This document shows positions 1 through 8,858 of a stretch of 43,960 bases of DNA, piece by piece. Where the stretch lies: NCBI GenBank assembly GCA_963788655.1, contig CAWBHS010000047.1, forward strand, positions 1 to 43,960, in the 5' to 3' direction. The DNA comes from an uncultured Verrucomicrobiae bacterium (lineage in GTDB: Bacteria > Verrucomicrobiota > Verrucomicrobiia > Limisphaerales > JAFGQR01). The notes beneath the pieces are model-generated. The model was not told where the DNA came from, searched no databases, and saw nothing but the letters and a program-made list of their open reading frames with translations. Positions within the stretch are counted from its first letter, which is position 1. Each line of letters opens with the position of its first letter. A program made the position numbers and the translations under genes.

Positions 1-19
1 AGCGCTCTGTTTAGGCCAC
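1..19 (-). other. Start of third attC site (R'' box), truncated by window edge
   Basis: Minus strand GTGGCCTAAAC overlaps the stop codon of 11..424. It complements the start of the same cassette (GTTAGGCCAC, 444-435) apart from one extra A. Confidence 0.6.
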
Positions 20-424
20 ATTGTCATGCCTCTTCAAAATCTGATAAAACTCAAACCAAAGCAATCCGGCGATGGCTACACAGCAAGCCAAAAGAATCAA
101 AGGCATGTGCCGAGGAATGGCTGAATGAAGCTCCGGCGGCAAGCCGACAAACTGGAATGCAAAATAACCGCCCGCCAATATCACAAAGACGCCGCCTGAA
201 CCCAAAGCAACCAGCTTGGCTCTGCGCTGCAATCGCGGTGAGAGCACTGAAAAGCCGAACGTGACAAGACCACCTGCGATGCCAATGACTGCAACCAACA
301 GCAACCGATGCGGCTGCTCCGAAAAATAGTGAATCGTGTCGTTGGCAATAAACTCGCGGATGGTGTCCACAACGGCGAAAACCGCGAACGCCACGACCAA
401 AATAATGCCAATCAATCTTTTCAT
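11..424 (-). CDS. Integron cassette gene, hypothetical membrane protein (~4 TM)
   Basis: 137-aa ORF with four hydrophobic segments. ATG lies 13 nt after GTTAGGC and the stop lies inside the R'' box. Confidence 0.8.
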   Translation of the reverse strand: MKRLIGIILVVAFAVFAVVDTIREFIANDTIHYFSEQPHRLLLVAVIGIAGGLVTFGFSVLSPRLQRRAKLVALGSGGVFVILAGGYFAFQFVGLPPELHSAIPRHMPLILLACCVAIAGLLWFEFYQILKRHDNVA

Positions 425-437
425 ATGCGGTCGAGTG

Positions 438-563
438 GCCTAACGACCGAACTGAGCGACAGCCGCCGACGGTGACGGCGCAGCGCACGAGGTGCTCCTG
501 CACTGCCGCCCGGCGTCGAGCGGAGAAGCTGGGCGGCTGTTCGCTCCAGTGACCTGGTTAGGC
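438..563 (-). other. attC site (126 bp)
   Basis: GCCTAAC (563-557, overlapping the TAA of 558..899) to GTTAGGC (444-438). Internal arms CTGAGCGACAGCCGCC / GGCGGCTGTTCGCTCCAG pair with extrahelical bases. Confidence 0.9.
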
Positions 564-899
564 GGGTCGTGAGAACACTCTGGACCAGTAATCATAAGAG
601 AAAAACAGAAGTGTGTGTAGCACCTGAATACTAAGAATCCAAAGAAATATCCTGTCGTGTCTGCTTGCGACTTTGCGAACGAGAACGCGCATGAGCCTCA
701 CCAACGAATAAATGCTGAGCAAAGCAAAACTTAATGCTGAGACCGCAAGCACGCAGAGAAGAACTGTGCCTCCGCTGTGCATCAATGAGAAGCCAAGCAT
801 CTGTGGGCCACTGAAAGCGGTAAGGACATACATCTCGAAACTCGTCTCCAAAAAAAATGGAGCGGATAATGCCGCCAAGATGTAGCCGAGTTTGGTCAT
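558..899 (-). CDS. Integron cassette gene, hypothetical membrane protein (~3 TM)
   Basis: 113-aa hydrophobic ORF between two attC sites; stop codon inside R''. Confidence 0.8.
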   Translation of the reverse strand: MTKLGYILAALSAPFFLETSFEMYVLTAFSGPQMLGFSLMHSGGTVLLCVLAVSALSFALLSIYSLVRLMRVLVRKVASRHDRIFLWILSIQVLHTLLFFSYDYWSRVFSRPA

Positions 900-912
900 A
901 CGTGCTGATGCC

Positions 913-1022
913 GCCTAACGACAAGACCACCGACAGCCGCGAACTATGAAAAAGCCACAACACGAAACGCCAGTCTCAACTGACAGGCGGGTCGGCTGTT
1001 CGGTGCGTCGCTTGGTTGGGGC
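913..1022 (-). other. attC site (~110 bp)
   Basis: Minus strand GCCCCAAC to GTTAGGC. Arms CACCGACAGCCG / CGGCTGTTCGGTG resemble those of the 438-563 site. Confidence 0.85.
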
Positions 1023-1099
1023 TTTTGATGATTGGCTGCCACGAAACAAAACTATCCGATGGTGCCTGATGATAACAGCCGTGGGATGGGTGATGCAAA

Positions 1100-1390
1100 T
1101 CATAGCAATAATCCGGCGAGCCCTATGAGAATGCTCGCGATTGCAATAACCTTGAAAAGAAGCTGCGTCTTTTGGTTCTGCTCGTTCAGCGCATGGATAA
1201 CCTGAGCGGTCTGAATATGGTTGATTGTCAGCGCCTGAATAATAGCAACATGACGAATCCGATCATTGACGATGCCCTCAGTGGCGAGAAAATGGAGACA
1301 CGCTTGCAGTGTCTCAGGCGATGCGGAGTAGATACTCCGGTCCTCAAACATCTTTTTAATGGTGTCAAAAGACATGGACTGCGTGGTCAT
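1100..1390 (-). CDS. attI-proximal cassette gene, hypothetical protein with C-terminal TM anchor
   Basis: 96-aa ORF starting 7 nt after GTTTGGGC, with a hydrophobic C-terminus. Confidence 0.75.
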   Translation of the reverse strand: MTTQSMSFDTIKKMFEDRSIYSASPETLQACLHFLATEGIVNDRIRHVAIIQALTINHIQTAQVIHALNEQNQKTQLLFKVIAIASILIGLAGLLL

Positions 1391-1397
1391 GTGTGTT

Positions 1398-1440
1398 GCC
1401 CAAACAGTATTAATAAACGAAAAATTTTCGGTTTATCCGA
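1398..1440 (-). other. Candidate attI site
   Basis: Minus strand TCGGATAAACCGAAAATTTTTCGTTTATTAATACT-GTTTGGGC lies directly before the first cassette and between the array and intI. It has no attC-type stem. Confidence 0.65.
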
Positions 1441-1579
1441 TTTGGTGCGTTAACGTTCCCGCCCCCGTCTTGCCGCGTCAAGCCCAAAGTCGATTTTTCT
1501 TGCCTCCCCGCCCGCTTAGTTGTTGACTCCCAACGGTAGGTGTCTTGGGGATCCGAGTCGGATTTGCCAGGGAGCCTTC

Positions 1580-1610
1580 CGGATAAACCGAAAACTTTTC
1601 GGTTTATCCG
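1580..1610. promoter_or_regulatory. Perfect 31-bp palindrome upstream of intI remnant; putative protein-binding site
   Basis: CGGATAAACCGAAAA-C-TTTTCGGTTTATCCG has 15-bp arms. A degenerate copy sits at 1413-1440. Confidence 0.55.
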
Positions 1611-1641
1611 ACGACGATTGGACCATCAATTGCGAAAACCA

Positions 1642-1912
1642 ATGGCAACAATCCACTTCCCCAATTGGCCCGAGTGGTTGGCCAACGCCGACCTCCCCGA
1701 AGGCCACCAACGCAGTTTCGCCATCACCCTCCACTGGTACCTCAACTTCTGCCGTCGGGCTCGCGGCGAGGTCAACCATGACTCGGCCCGCGACTTTATC
1801 GCCTGGGCCCAGGCCCACCCCAACGATGCCCGCCTGGAAAACGGCGTTCCTCACGGTCCTCCGGCGCCGGCAGTATTCGTATCGTAAGGAGCAAACCAGC
1901 GATTTGTATTGA
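1642..1912 (+). pseudogene. intI: Integron integrase remnant (N-terminal part only; frame change and 3' truncation)
   Basis: MATIHFPNW...WYLNFCRR...ARDFI, then in another frame WKTAFLTVLRRRQYSYRKEQT, which matches the IntI N-terminal R-x-x-H-Y-S-x-R-T-E-x-x-Y motif. There is no tyrosine-recombinase catalytic domain. The fragment is divergent from the cassettes. Confidence 0.75.
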
Positions 1913-1989
1913 GGATTGAGAGTTGAGGGACAGAATCCGGAAGTCGTCAGGGATTTGCGCCGGCCACTTAGCCGAAAGAATTCAGTTCC

Positions 1990-2141
1990 ACCACGAATGC
2001 ACATTCATGTACACGAATAAGAACAGCCTCTTTATGGTTGAAAAACGGTAGCAGGCAGTCACTGAATGGTGACCGTAGAACAACTCAAGTTCCGGCGCCG
2101 GTGCCTCGGATAATTCGTGTGCCTTCGTGTCCATTCGTGGT
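1990..2141. repeat. Inverted-repeat element (CCACGAAT...ATTCGTGG type)
   Basis: ACCACGAATGCACATTCATGTACACGAAT ... ATTCGTGTGCCTTCGTGTCCATTCGTGGT. Confidence 0.65.
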
Positions 2142-2539
2142 TTTTTCCTGAATAATCACGGCTAAGCCAGCCGTTTTCGGGACCACCGACGCGGGCGCCC
2201 CGCATGAGGCGGTTCCCTTGCAGACCCAACAGCAGCGTGAAATTGAGTGGTGTTTGGTGAATGCTTTGTAACCAAGGGAGTTGGGCCGGCGGGTTCATGT
2301 TTGACAAGCGGGCCGTGGTTCAAAATATTGCACCGCCCAGTTTTGAAACGCACGCGAATCAACCAAGTCACCATGTCGGTGACTGATGCCAACAACCGGA
2401 TGCCAGCTCCGGTAGAGCGGTGCTTTGCCCTGGTCCAGATATGCTGCCGACGGCGAAACCGCCGAGACGAAGCGGCGGAGCTGATGCCCACTGACCGGGT
2501 TCTGCCTCCTTGCGGCGGCGGCCAGGTGCCCGATTTCCA

Positions 2540-4012
2540 GTGAAACGATTCCGCTTCTGGCAACCCTTCCTGCTGGTGACGCTGGGCACATCCTGCGTCA
2601 CATCGCCGCCGCCGCAAACCGGACGGGCCGGCGTGGTAATTCCCGCTAAATGGACGGCGGGCGCGGCATCGTCCGCCCCGATTCAAGAGCGGTGGTGGGA
2701 GAGTTTCGGCTCGAGCAATCTGAATACGCTGGTCACCGAAGCGTTGCAGCACAACTATGATCTGCCAATTGCCGCCGCCCGCCTCGAAGCCTCGCTGGCG
2801 CAGGCCCGAATTGCCGGGGCGGATTTGTATCCTTCCCTGAACGCCGGATTTGACGCCCAACGCAGCAAACGGAATTTCATCGGCTTTCCCATTCCCGGCC
2901 AGAATGGCAAGGTGCTCAGCAGTTTTTCCACGACCTACGGCATTTCCCTCAATACCGCGTGGGAAGTGGATGTCTGGGGACGCATCCGCTCCGGCGCGCG
3001 GGCGGCGCTGGCGGAAGTGCAGGCCAGCGAAGCCACGTTCGAAGCCGTGCGGCAATCCATCGCGGCCCAAACCGTGAAAGGTTGGCTGGCGGTCAGGGAA
3101 GCCCGCCTCCAGGTGTCGCTGGCCGAAAACACAGTGCAGAGCTTCCGCGTCACCGCCGAACAGAATCGACGGCGGTACGAACGGGGGCTGCGCGACGCGC
3201 TTGATTTGCGGCTGGCGCTCAATGCCCAGGCCGCGGCGGAAGCCACCCTGGCCCAAAACCGCGCCACTCTCGACCGTGCCACCCGACAACTGGAAGCCTT
3301 CCTCGGACGTTATCCGGCGGGCAAGGCCAAGGGAACGGAGCTGTTGCCCGAGGCGCGCCTGGAGATTCCCCCCGGCTTGCCTTCCGAACTGCTGACGCGC
3401 CGACCGGACTTGGTGGCGGCCGAACGGCGGCTGGCGGCGGCGGATCAACGGTTGGCCCAGGCGAAAGCGTCACTCTTTCCGCGCCTCAGCCTGACCGCCA
3501 GCGGCGGCACGAGCACCCAGGAGTTGGCGGACCTGGTTTCCAGCGACTTCAGTGTGTGGACGCTGGCCGCCAATTTGGCACAACCCATTTTTGAAGGCGG
3601 TCGTCTGCGCGCGGGAATCAAGTTGTCCCGGGCCGGCGTGCGCGAAGCGCTGGCCGCCTATTCGCAGGCAGTGTTAAAGGCGTTCACCGAGGTGGAGACC
3701 AGCCTGGCGGCGCTCCGGTTGCTGGCCGAACGGGAAGAACATTTGCGCGAAGCACTGGATCAAGCGCGGGCGGCGTTGCGGTTGGCGGAAGACCGTTACG
3801 CGGCGGGATTGGAAATTTTCCTGACCGTGCAGGAAGCCCAGCGCCGCGTGTTCAACAATGAAACGCAATTGCTGGCGGTCCGCCGTCAGCGTCTCGAAAC
3901 GCAGGTGGACTTGCACCTGGCGTTGGGGGGCGGGTTTGGGGCGGCGGGAACGAATGTGGACGAGCAACCCAATGCCGGACAGCCATTGTCAAAGACGGAC
4001 ACACCGCAATGG
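2540..4012 (+). CDS. RND efflux outer membrane factor lipoprotein (NodT/OprM family); 3' end uncertain
   Basis: GTG start, lipobox LGTSC, and motifs WWESFG, WEVDVWGRIR, GLPSELLTRRPD, LALGGG. No in-frame stop occurs before the MFP. Confidence 0.85.
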
Positions 4013-4042
4013 ATGATCGACTCGTTAATGGCCTCCGAACGT

Positions 4043-4188
4043 CGCGAAGCGTGGGGAGGGCGTGGAGCTTGCTCCCGCTTTCTTTTGAAGAAGGGCGGTC
4101 AACTGACAACGCAACGCACGCCAGAATTTGATCGTCGTTCACCACGCGAAAGCGCCGGCAAGCCGGACGCACTCCAAACGCTGGCGCG
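4043..4188. repeat. REP-doublet/MITE-like element, family A
   Basis: GCGTGGAGCTTGCTCCCGCTTTC ... GAAAGCGCCGGCAAGCCGGACGCACTCCAAACGCTGGCGCG. Related copies at 16510 and 38377. Confidence 0.8.
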
Positions 4189-4257
4189 AAAATTTGCAAG
4201 CCGTTCCAAAAGGGTGCTAGCCCTGAAATTACACACCCCGCTTAAAACGCCGACAGC

Positions 4258-4330
4258 CGTAGCCGCCGACGTGAGGAGGCGGAGCGCGGCCGGGTTGCAT
4301 CAGGTCCGCCTCCTCACGTCGGCGGCTACG
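4258..4330. repeat. GTAG-type REP doublet, family B
   Basis: GTAGCCGCCGACGTGAGGAGGCGG ... CCGCCTCCTCACGTCGGCGGCTAC is a perfect inverted pair. A copy lies at 29473. Confidence 0.85.
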
Positions 4331-4363
4331 CGTTGCAAACGCATTCATAGACATCTGGCAGTG

Positions 4364-5572
4364 ATGAAATCTCGTGTTCAATTTTTTCTGGTGCCTCTGG
4401 TGCTCGTGCTGGGCGTGGCAGTGGCGGCGTTCATGATCGCCAATCGCAAGCCGGTGCAGCCAAAACCTCCGGAGGTGATTTTGCCGCTGGTCCGGGTGCT
4501 GACCGTGGCACCGACCAATGCGCAACTCGAAGTCCGGAGCCAGGGCACCGTCGCGCCGCGCACGGCCATCGATCTTTCGTCGGAGGTGACCGGTAAGGTG
4601 GCGTCGGTGGCGCCATGCATGGCGGCGGGCGGATTCTTCGAAGAAGGCGAGGTGCTGGTAACGATTGATCCGCGCGATTTCGAGTTGTCCGTCGTGCAAG
4701 CTCGGGCCCAAGTGGCGGCGGCGGACGCGCGCCTGGCCCGGGAACAGGCCGAAGCCGAAATTGCCCGCCAGGAATGGGATGATTTGAGCCCCGGCAAAAA
4801 TCCGTCGCCCCTGGTGCTGCGGGCCCCGCAGCTCAAGGAGGCGCAAGCGGCGCTGGCCTCCGCGCAAGCCGCGTTGGAGGTGGCGGAACGCGACCTGGAA
4901 AAGACCAAGATTCGCGCGCCATTCGCCGGGCGGGTGTTGAGCGAAACCGTGGATGTCGGGCAGTTTCTGAACCGCGGTACTGCGATCGCCCGGCTTTACG
5001 GGGCCGATTATGCGGAGGTGCGCCTGCCGGTACCGGTTGAGGATATGGCCTTCCTTGATTTGCCGTTGGCGTATCGCACAGACACCAATTCCTCTCCCGG
5101 ACCAACCGTGCACTTGCGCGGCCAGTTTGCCGGGCGGGAAAACGTGTGGTCCGGTCGCGTCGTCCGCACGGAGGGCGAAATCGATCCGCAGAGCCGCATG
5201 CTGACGGCGGTGGCGCAAGTGGCCGATCCGTTCGCCCGGAAGGCGGACAGTGAACTGCCGCCGTTGCCGATGGGCTTGTTTGTCGAAGCGGTCATCATGG
5301 GGCGCCGGGTGGAGAAGGTGTTCATGGTGCCGCGCATTGCGTTGCGCAGCGGCGACCGGGTGTTGGTGGTGGACGAAGAAAACAAATTGCGCTTTCGCAA
5401 CGTGACCATCCTGCGCCCGGAGCGGGACCAAATCCTTCTGCGCTCGGGCCTGGCTACGGGCGACCGGGTGGTGCTGTCGCCATTGAACACCCCTGTGGAC
5501 GGCATGGCGGTACGGACCTTCGACGAAATTACGGAGGCCGCCCCGCAGGAGTCGGAAACCAGCGCGCGATGA
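4364..5572 (+). CDS. RND efflux periplasmic adaptor (membrane fusion protein)
   Basis: MKSRVQFFLV N-terminal TM, SEVTGKV lipoyl half, hairpin, IRAPFAGRV. Overlaps the permease start (ATGA). Confidence 0.9.
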   Translation: MKSRVQFFLVPLVLVLGVAVAAFMIANRKPVQPKPPEVILPLVRVLTVAPTNAQLEVRSQGTVAPRTAIDLSSEVTGKVASVAPCMAAGGFFEEGEVLVTIDPRDFELSVVQARAQVAAADARLAREQAEAEIARQEWDDLSPGKNPSPLVLRAPQLKEAQAALASAQAALEVAERDLEKTKIRAPFAGRVLSETVDVGQFLNRGTAIARLYGADYAEVRLPVPVEDMAFLDLPLAYRTDTNSSPGPTVHLRGQFAGRENVWSGRVVRTEGEIDPQSRMLTAVAQVADPFARKADSELPPLPMGLFVEAVIMGRRVEKVFMVPRIALRSGDRVLVVDEENKLRFRNVTILRPERDQILLRSGLATGDRVVLSPLNTPVDGMAVRTFDEITEAAPQESETSAR

Positions 5573-8500
5573 AACGCCTGATTGAATGGTTTGCCCGGAA
5601 TGGCGTCGCCGCCAATCTGCTGGTCATTGTGATCATGATAGGCGGACTGCTGACCCTGCCACACATCCGGAAGGAGATCTTTCCGGAATTCTCTTCGGAC
5701 ATGATCATGGTAACGGTCGAGTATCCGGGCGCGGCACCGGAGGAAGTGGAGGAAGGCGTTTGTGTGCGCATCGAGGAAGCGGTGCAAAGTCTCGACGGCA
5801 TCAAGAAGATCACGTCGCTGGCCAATGAGAACGTGGGCACCGTCAACATCGAGTTGCTGCCCGGCATGGACGTGCGGGAAATGCTGGACGACGTCAAAGC
5901 CCGGGTGGACGCTATTGACACCTTTCCGGAGGAAACGGAGAAACCGCTGATCAAGGAAATCACCGTCCGCAAGCAGGTGTTGAACGTCGCCGTTTCGGGC
6001 GAGGGGGAGGAAGCGGTGTTGAAGCGGCTAGGCGAACAGGTGCGGGACGAATTGGCCGCCCAGCCCGGTATCACGCAAGTGGAACTGGCCAACGCGCGGC
6101 CCTACGAAATTTCGATTGAGCTTTCCGAGGTGGCGATGCGGCGCTTCGGGCTGACGTTTGAAGAGGTGGCGCGGGCGGTGCGGCGGTCGTCCCTGAATTT
6201 GCCGGGCGGTTCGGTGCGCACCCGTGGCGGCGAGATTCTGTTGCGGACCAAGGGCCAGGCCTATCGCGGGCCGGAGTTTGAAAAGATCGTGCTGTTAACC
6301 CGCCCGGACGGCACCCGGCTGTTACTGGGTGACGTAGCGCACGTGGTGGACGGCTTCGCCGAGACCGACCAGTCGGCGCGTTTTGATGGCAAACCGTCGG
6401 TGTTGGTGCAGGTGTTTCGCGTGGGAGAAGAAGACGCGCTGAAGATCTCCGATACCGTGCGGCGCTACATCGCTGAAGCCCAGCGCCGCATGCCGGCGGG
6501 CATCAAGCTGACGATCTGGCAGGATGACTCGAACTATTTGCGCAGCCGCATGGACTTGCTGCTGCGCAATGGATTGTACGGGCTGGTGCTCGTGTTGCTG
6601 ACCCTCGCGATGTTCCTGCGCTTCCGGTTGGCGCTCTGGGTGAGCTACGGGATTCTGATCTCGTTCCTCGGCACGCTCTGGCTCATGCCGATGCTCGACC
6701 TTTCCATCAGTTTGATCTCGCTGTTCGCCTTTATCCTGGTGCTGGGCATTGTGGTGGATGACGCCATCGTGGTGGGCGAAAATATTTACACGTTTCAACA
6801 GAAATATCACGAAGGGCTGAACGGCGCCATCCGCGGCGCGCAAGAGGTCGCCATCCCGGTAATCTTCGGGGTGCTGACAACGGTGGCGGCCTTTTTCCCG
6901 CTCATGCTGGTGTCCGGCAACACGGGCAAAATCATGAAGGTCATTCCGTTGGTCGTGATTCCCACGCTGCTTTTTTCGCTGCTGGAATCCCAGGCGGTGC
7001 TGCCGCATCACCTGAGTCACCTCCGCCAGGACCGCGATGGCCAGGCGCGGGGGCTCTGGCGGCGCTTTCAAGGGGGTTTCGCCAGCCGGGTGGAGTGGTT
7101 CATTCGTCACGCGTACCAGCCTTTGTTAGAACACTGCCTGCGTTTACGCTATTTGACCATTGCCGGGTCGATCTTTGTTTTAATGCTGACGCTGGGATTG
7201 GTGGGCGGCGGCTGGATCAAGTTCACGTTCTTCCCCAACGTCGAAGGCGACAATGTGATTGCGTTTCTCACCATGCCCCTGGGCACTCCGGCGGAAGTCA
7301 CCGCGGAAGCCGTTCATCAGTTGGAAGCAGGCGCGCTGAAATTGCAGCAGGAATTGGATGCGGAACAAGACGGCGGGGATCAGAGCGTGTTTCGGCATAC
7401 GATGGCTTCGGTGGGCGAGCAACCGTACCTGGCAGCGTCACGGCAGGGCGGCGGCCAGGCGATCCAGCGGATCACCGCGTCAAACATCGGTGAGGTGCAA
7501 GTCGAACTGGCGCCGTCCGAAGAACGGCCAGAAGGCGTGAGCAGCGAGGAAATTGCACAGCGTTGGCGTGAGTTGACCGGGCCGGTGCCGGACGCCGAGG
7601 AGCTGACCTTCACGGGAGCTATTTTTACGCCGGGCGATCCGATTGATATTCAATTTACCGGTTCGGATGTCGAGGAACTGCAGCGGGTGGCCGACACGGT
7701 CAAAGCCAAGCTCGCCGCGTATCCCGGTGTGCGCGATATCGCTGACACATTCCGCGCCGGCAAACAGGAGATCAAACTGCAAATCAAACCCGAGGCGGAA
7801 GCCCAGGGCTTTTCGCTTCAGGATTTGTCCCGCCAAGTGCGCCAGGCGTTCTACGGCGAGGAGGCGCAACGCATTCAGCGCGGGCGGGACGAGGTTAAAG
7901 TCATGGTGCGCTATCCGGCGGACCGCCGGCGTTCACTGGGTGATCTGGAAGATATGCGGATTCGCGGTCCAGGCGGGAAGGAGGTGCCGTTTTCGACGGT
8001 GGCTGAAGCAGACCTGGGTCGCGGTTACGCTACGATCACACGCGTGGATCGTCGCCGGGCGATCCGGGTCACCGCTGACGTGGATAAAACCAAAGCCAAC
8101 GCGAACGACATCATCGCTGATTTGCAAAGTAACTATCTGCCCACGTTGCGAGCCGAGCATCCGTCCATTCTCTATTCGTTCGAAGGCGAACGGCGCGAGC
8201 AAAACGAAACGTTGGGAGGCGTGATGCGCGGGTTTATGCTGGCGGTGTTGATTATCTATGCCTTGCTGGCGATTCCCCTACGTTCCTACTTGCAACCATT
8301 GCTGGTGATGATCGCGATTCCGTTCGGCGTGGTGGGTGCGGTTTGGGGGCATGTGATCATGGGTCTGGACCTGACCATTCTTTCGATGTTTGGCCTCGTG
8401 GCGCTGGCGGGCGTGGTGGTGAACGACAGTTTGGTGCTGGTGGATTTTGTGAATCGCAACGTGGACCGAATGCCGCGCTTGCAGGCGGTGCGGCAGGCGG

Positions 8501-8751
8501 GCGTGGACCGGTTCCGCGCCATTTTGCTCACGTCGCTGACGACCTTTGCGGGACTGACGCCGTTGATCCTGGAGAAAAGCCTGCAGGCCAAATTTCTCAT
8601 CCCAATGGCGGTCTCGCTGGCGTTCGGTGTGATCTTTTCGACCGCCATTTCACTGCTGTTGTTGCCCGCGTGCTACCTGGTGCTGGAGGATATCAAGGGG
8701 TGGTTTAAAGAACCGGAAGCCGAGCCGGTGGGGGAGGCGGTTGCCAAATGA
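5569..8751 (+). CDS. RND efflux permease (AcrB/AcrD/AcrF family)
   Basis: 1060 aa. Proton-relay motifs GIVVDDAIVVGENI and GVVVNDS; RFRAILLTSLTT. Confidence 0.95.
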   Translation: MKRLIEWFARNGVAANLLVIVIMIGGLLTLPHIRKEIFPEFSSDMIMVTVEYPGAAPEEVEEGVCVRIEEAVQSLDGIKKITSLANENVGTVNIELLPGMDVREMLDDVKARVDAIDTFPEETEKPLIKEITVRKQVLNVAVSGEGEEAVLKRLGEQVRDELAAQPGITQVELANARPYEISIELSEVAMRRFGLTFEEVARAVRRSSLNLPGGSVRTRGGEILLRTKGQAYRGPEFEKIVLLTRPDGTRLLLGDVAHVVDGFAETDQSARFDGKPSVLVQVFRVGEEDALKISDTVRRYIAEAQRRMPAGIKLTIWQDDSNYLRSRMDLLLRNGLYGLVLVLLTLAMFLRFRLALWVSYGILISFLGTLWLMPMLDLSISLISLFAFILVLGIVVDDAIVVGENIYTFQQKYHEGLNGAIRGAQEVAIPVIFGVLTTVAAFFPLMLVSGNTGKIMKVIPLVVIPTLLFSLLESQAVLPHHLSHLRQDRDGQARGLWRRFQGGFASRVEWFIRHAYQPLLEHCLRLRYLTIAGSIFVLMLTLGLVGGGWIKFTFFPNVEGDNVIAFLTMPLGTPAEVTAEAVHQLEAGALKLQQELDAEQDGGDQSVFRHTMASVGEQPYLAASRQGGGQAIQRITASNIGEVQVELAPSEERPEGVSSEEIAQRWRELTGPVPDAEELTFTGAIFTPGDPIDIQFTGSDVEELQRVADTVKAKLAAYPGVRDIADTFRAGKQEIKLQIKPEAEAQGFSLQDLSRQVRQAFYGEEAQRIQRGRDEVKVMVRYPADRRRSLGDLEDMRIRGPGGKEVPFSTVAEADLGRGYATITRVDRRRAIRVTADVDKTKANANDIIADLQSNYLPTLRAEHPSILYSFEGERREQNETLGGVMRGFMLAVLIIYALLAIPLRSYLQPLLVMIAIPFGVVGAVWGHVIMGLDLTILSMFGLVALAGVVVNDSLVLVDFVNRNVDRMPRLQAVRQAGVDRFRAILLTSLTTFAGLTPLILEKSLQAKFLIPMAVSLAFGVIFSTAISLLLLPACYLVLEDIKGWFKEPEAEPVGEAVAK

Positions 8752-8779
8752 ACAACCGCGGACAGTGCAGAGGTTTGTG

Positions 8780-8846
8780 GCGGCGCTTCGGTAGAGCGCC
8801 GGCATCTTGAGACCGGAGAGTTTACGGCGCTCGGCCGAAGCGCCGC
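8780..8846. repeat. REP-like inverted repeat between convergent genes
   Basis: GCGGCGCTTCGGTAGAGCGCCG ... CGGCGCTCGGCCGAAGCGCCGC. Confidence 0.65.
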
Positions 8847-8858
8847 GACGAGGCAAAG

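Larger units (their letters stand above)
1..1912 (-). mobile_element. Decayed integron: attI candidate, at least 3 gene cassettes and an intI remnant; the array runs off the window edge
   Basis: Three short same-strand, more AT-rich ORFs are each followed by an imperfect inverted repeat bounded by RYYYAAC/GTTRRRY-like boxes. A divergent IntI-like fragment lies at 1642-1912. Confidence 0.85.

Noticed and set aside
946..1128. 60-aa plus-strand ORF, and the 915..1103 minus-strand ORF
   Set aside because: Both run through the attC palindrome and are typical spurious translations of attC DNA.
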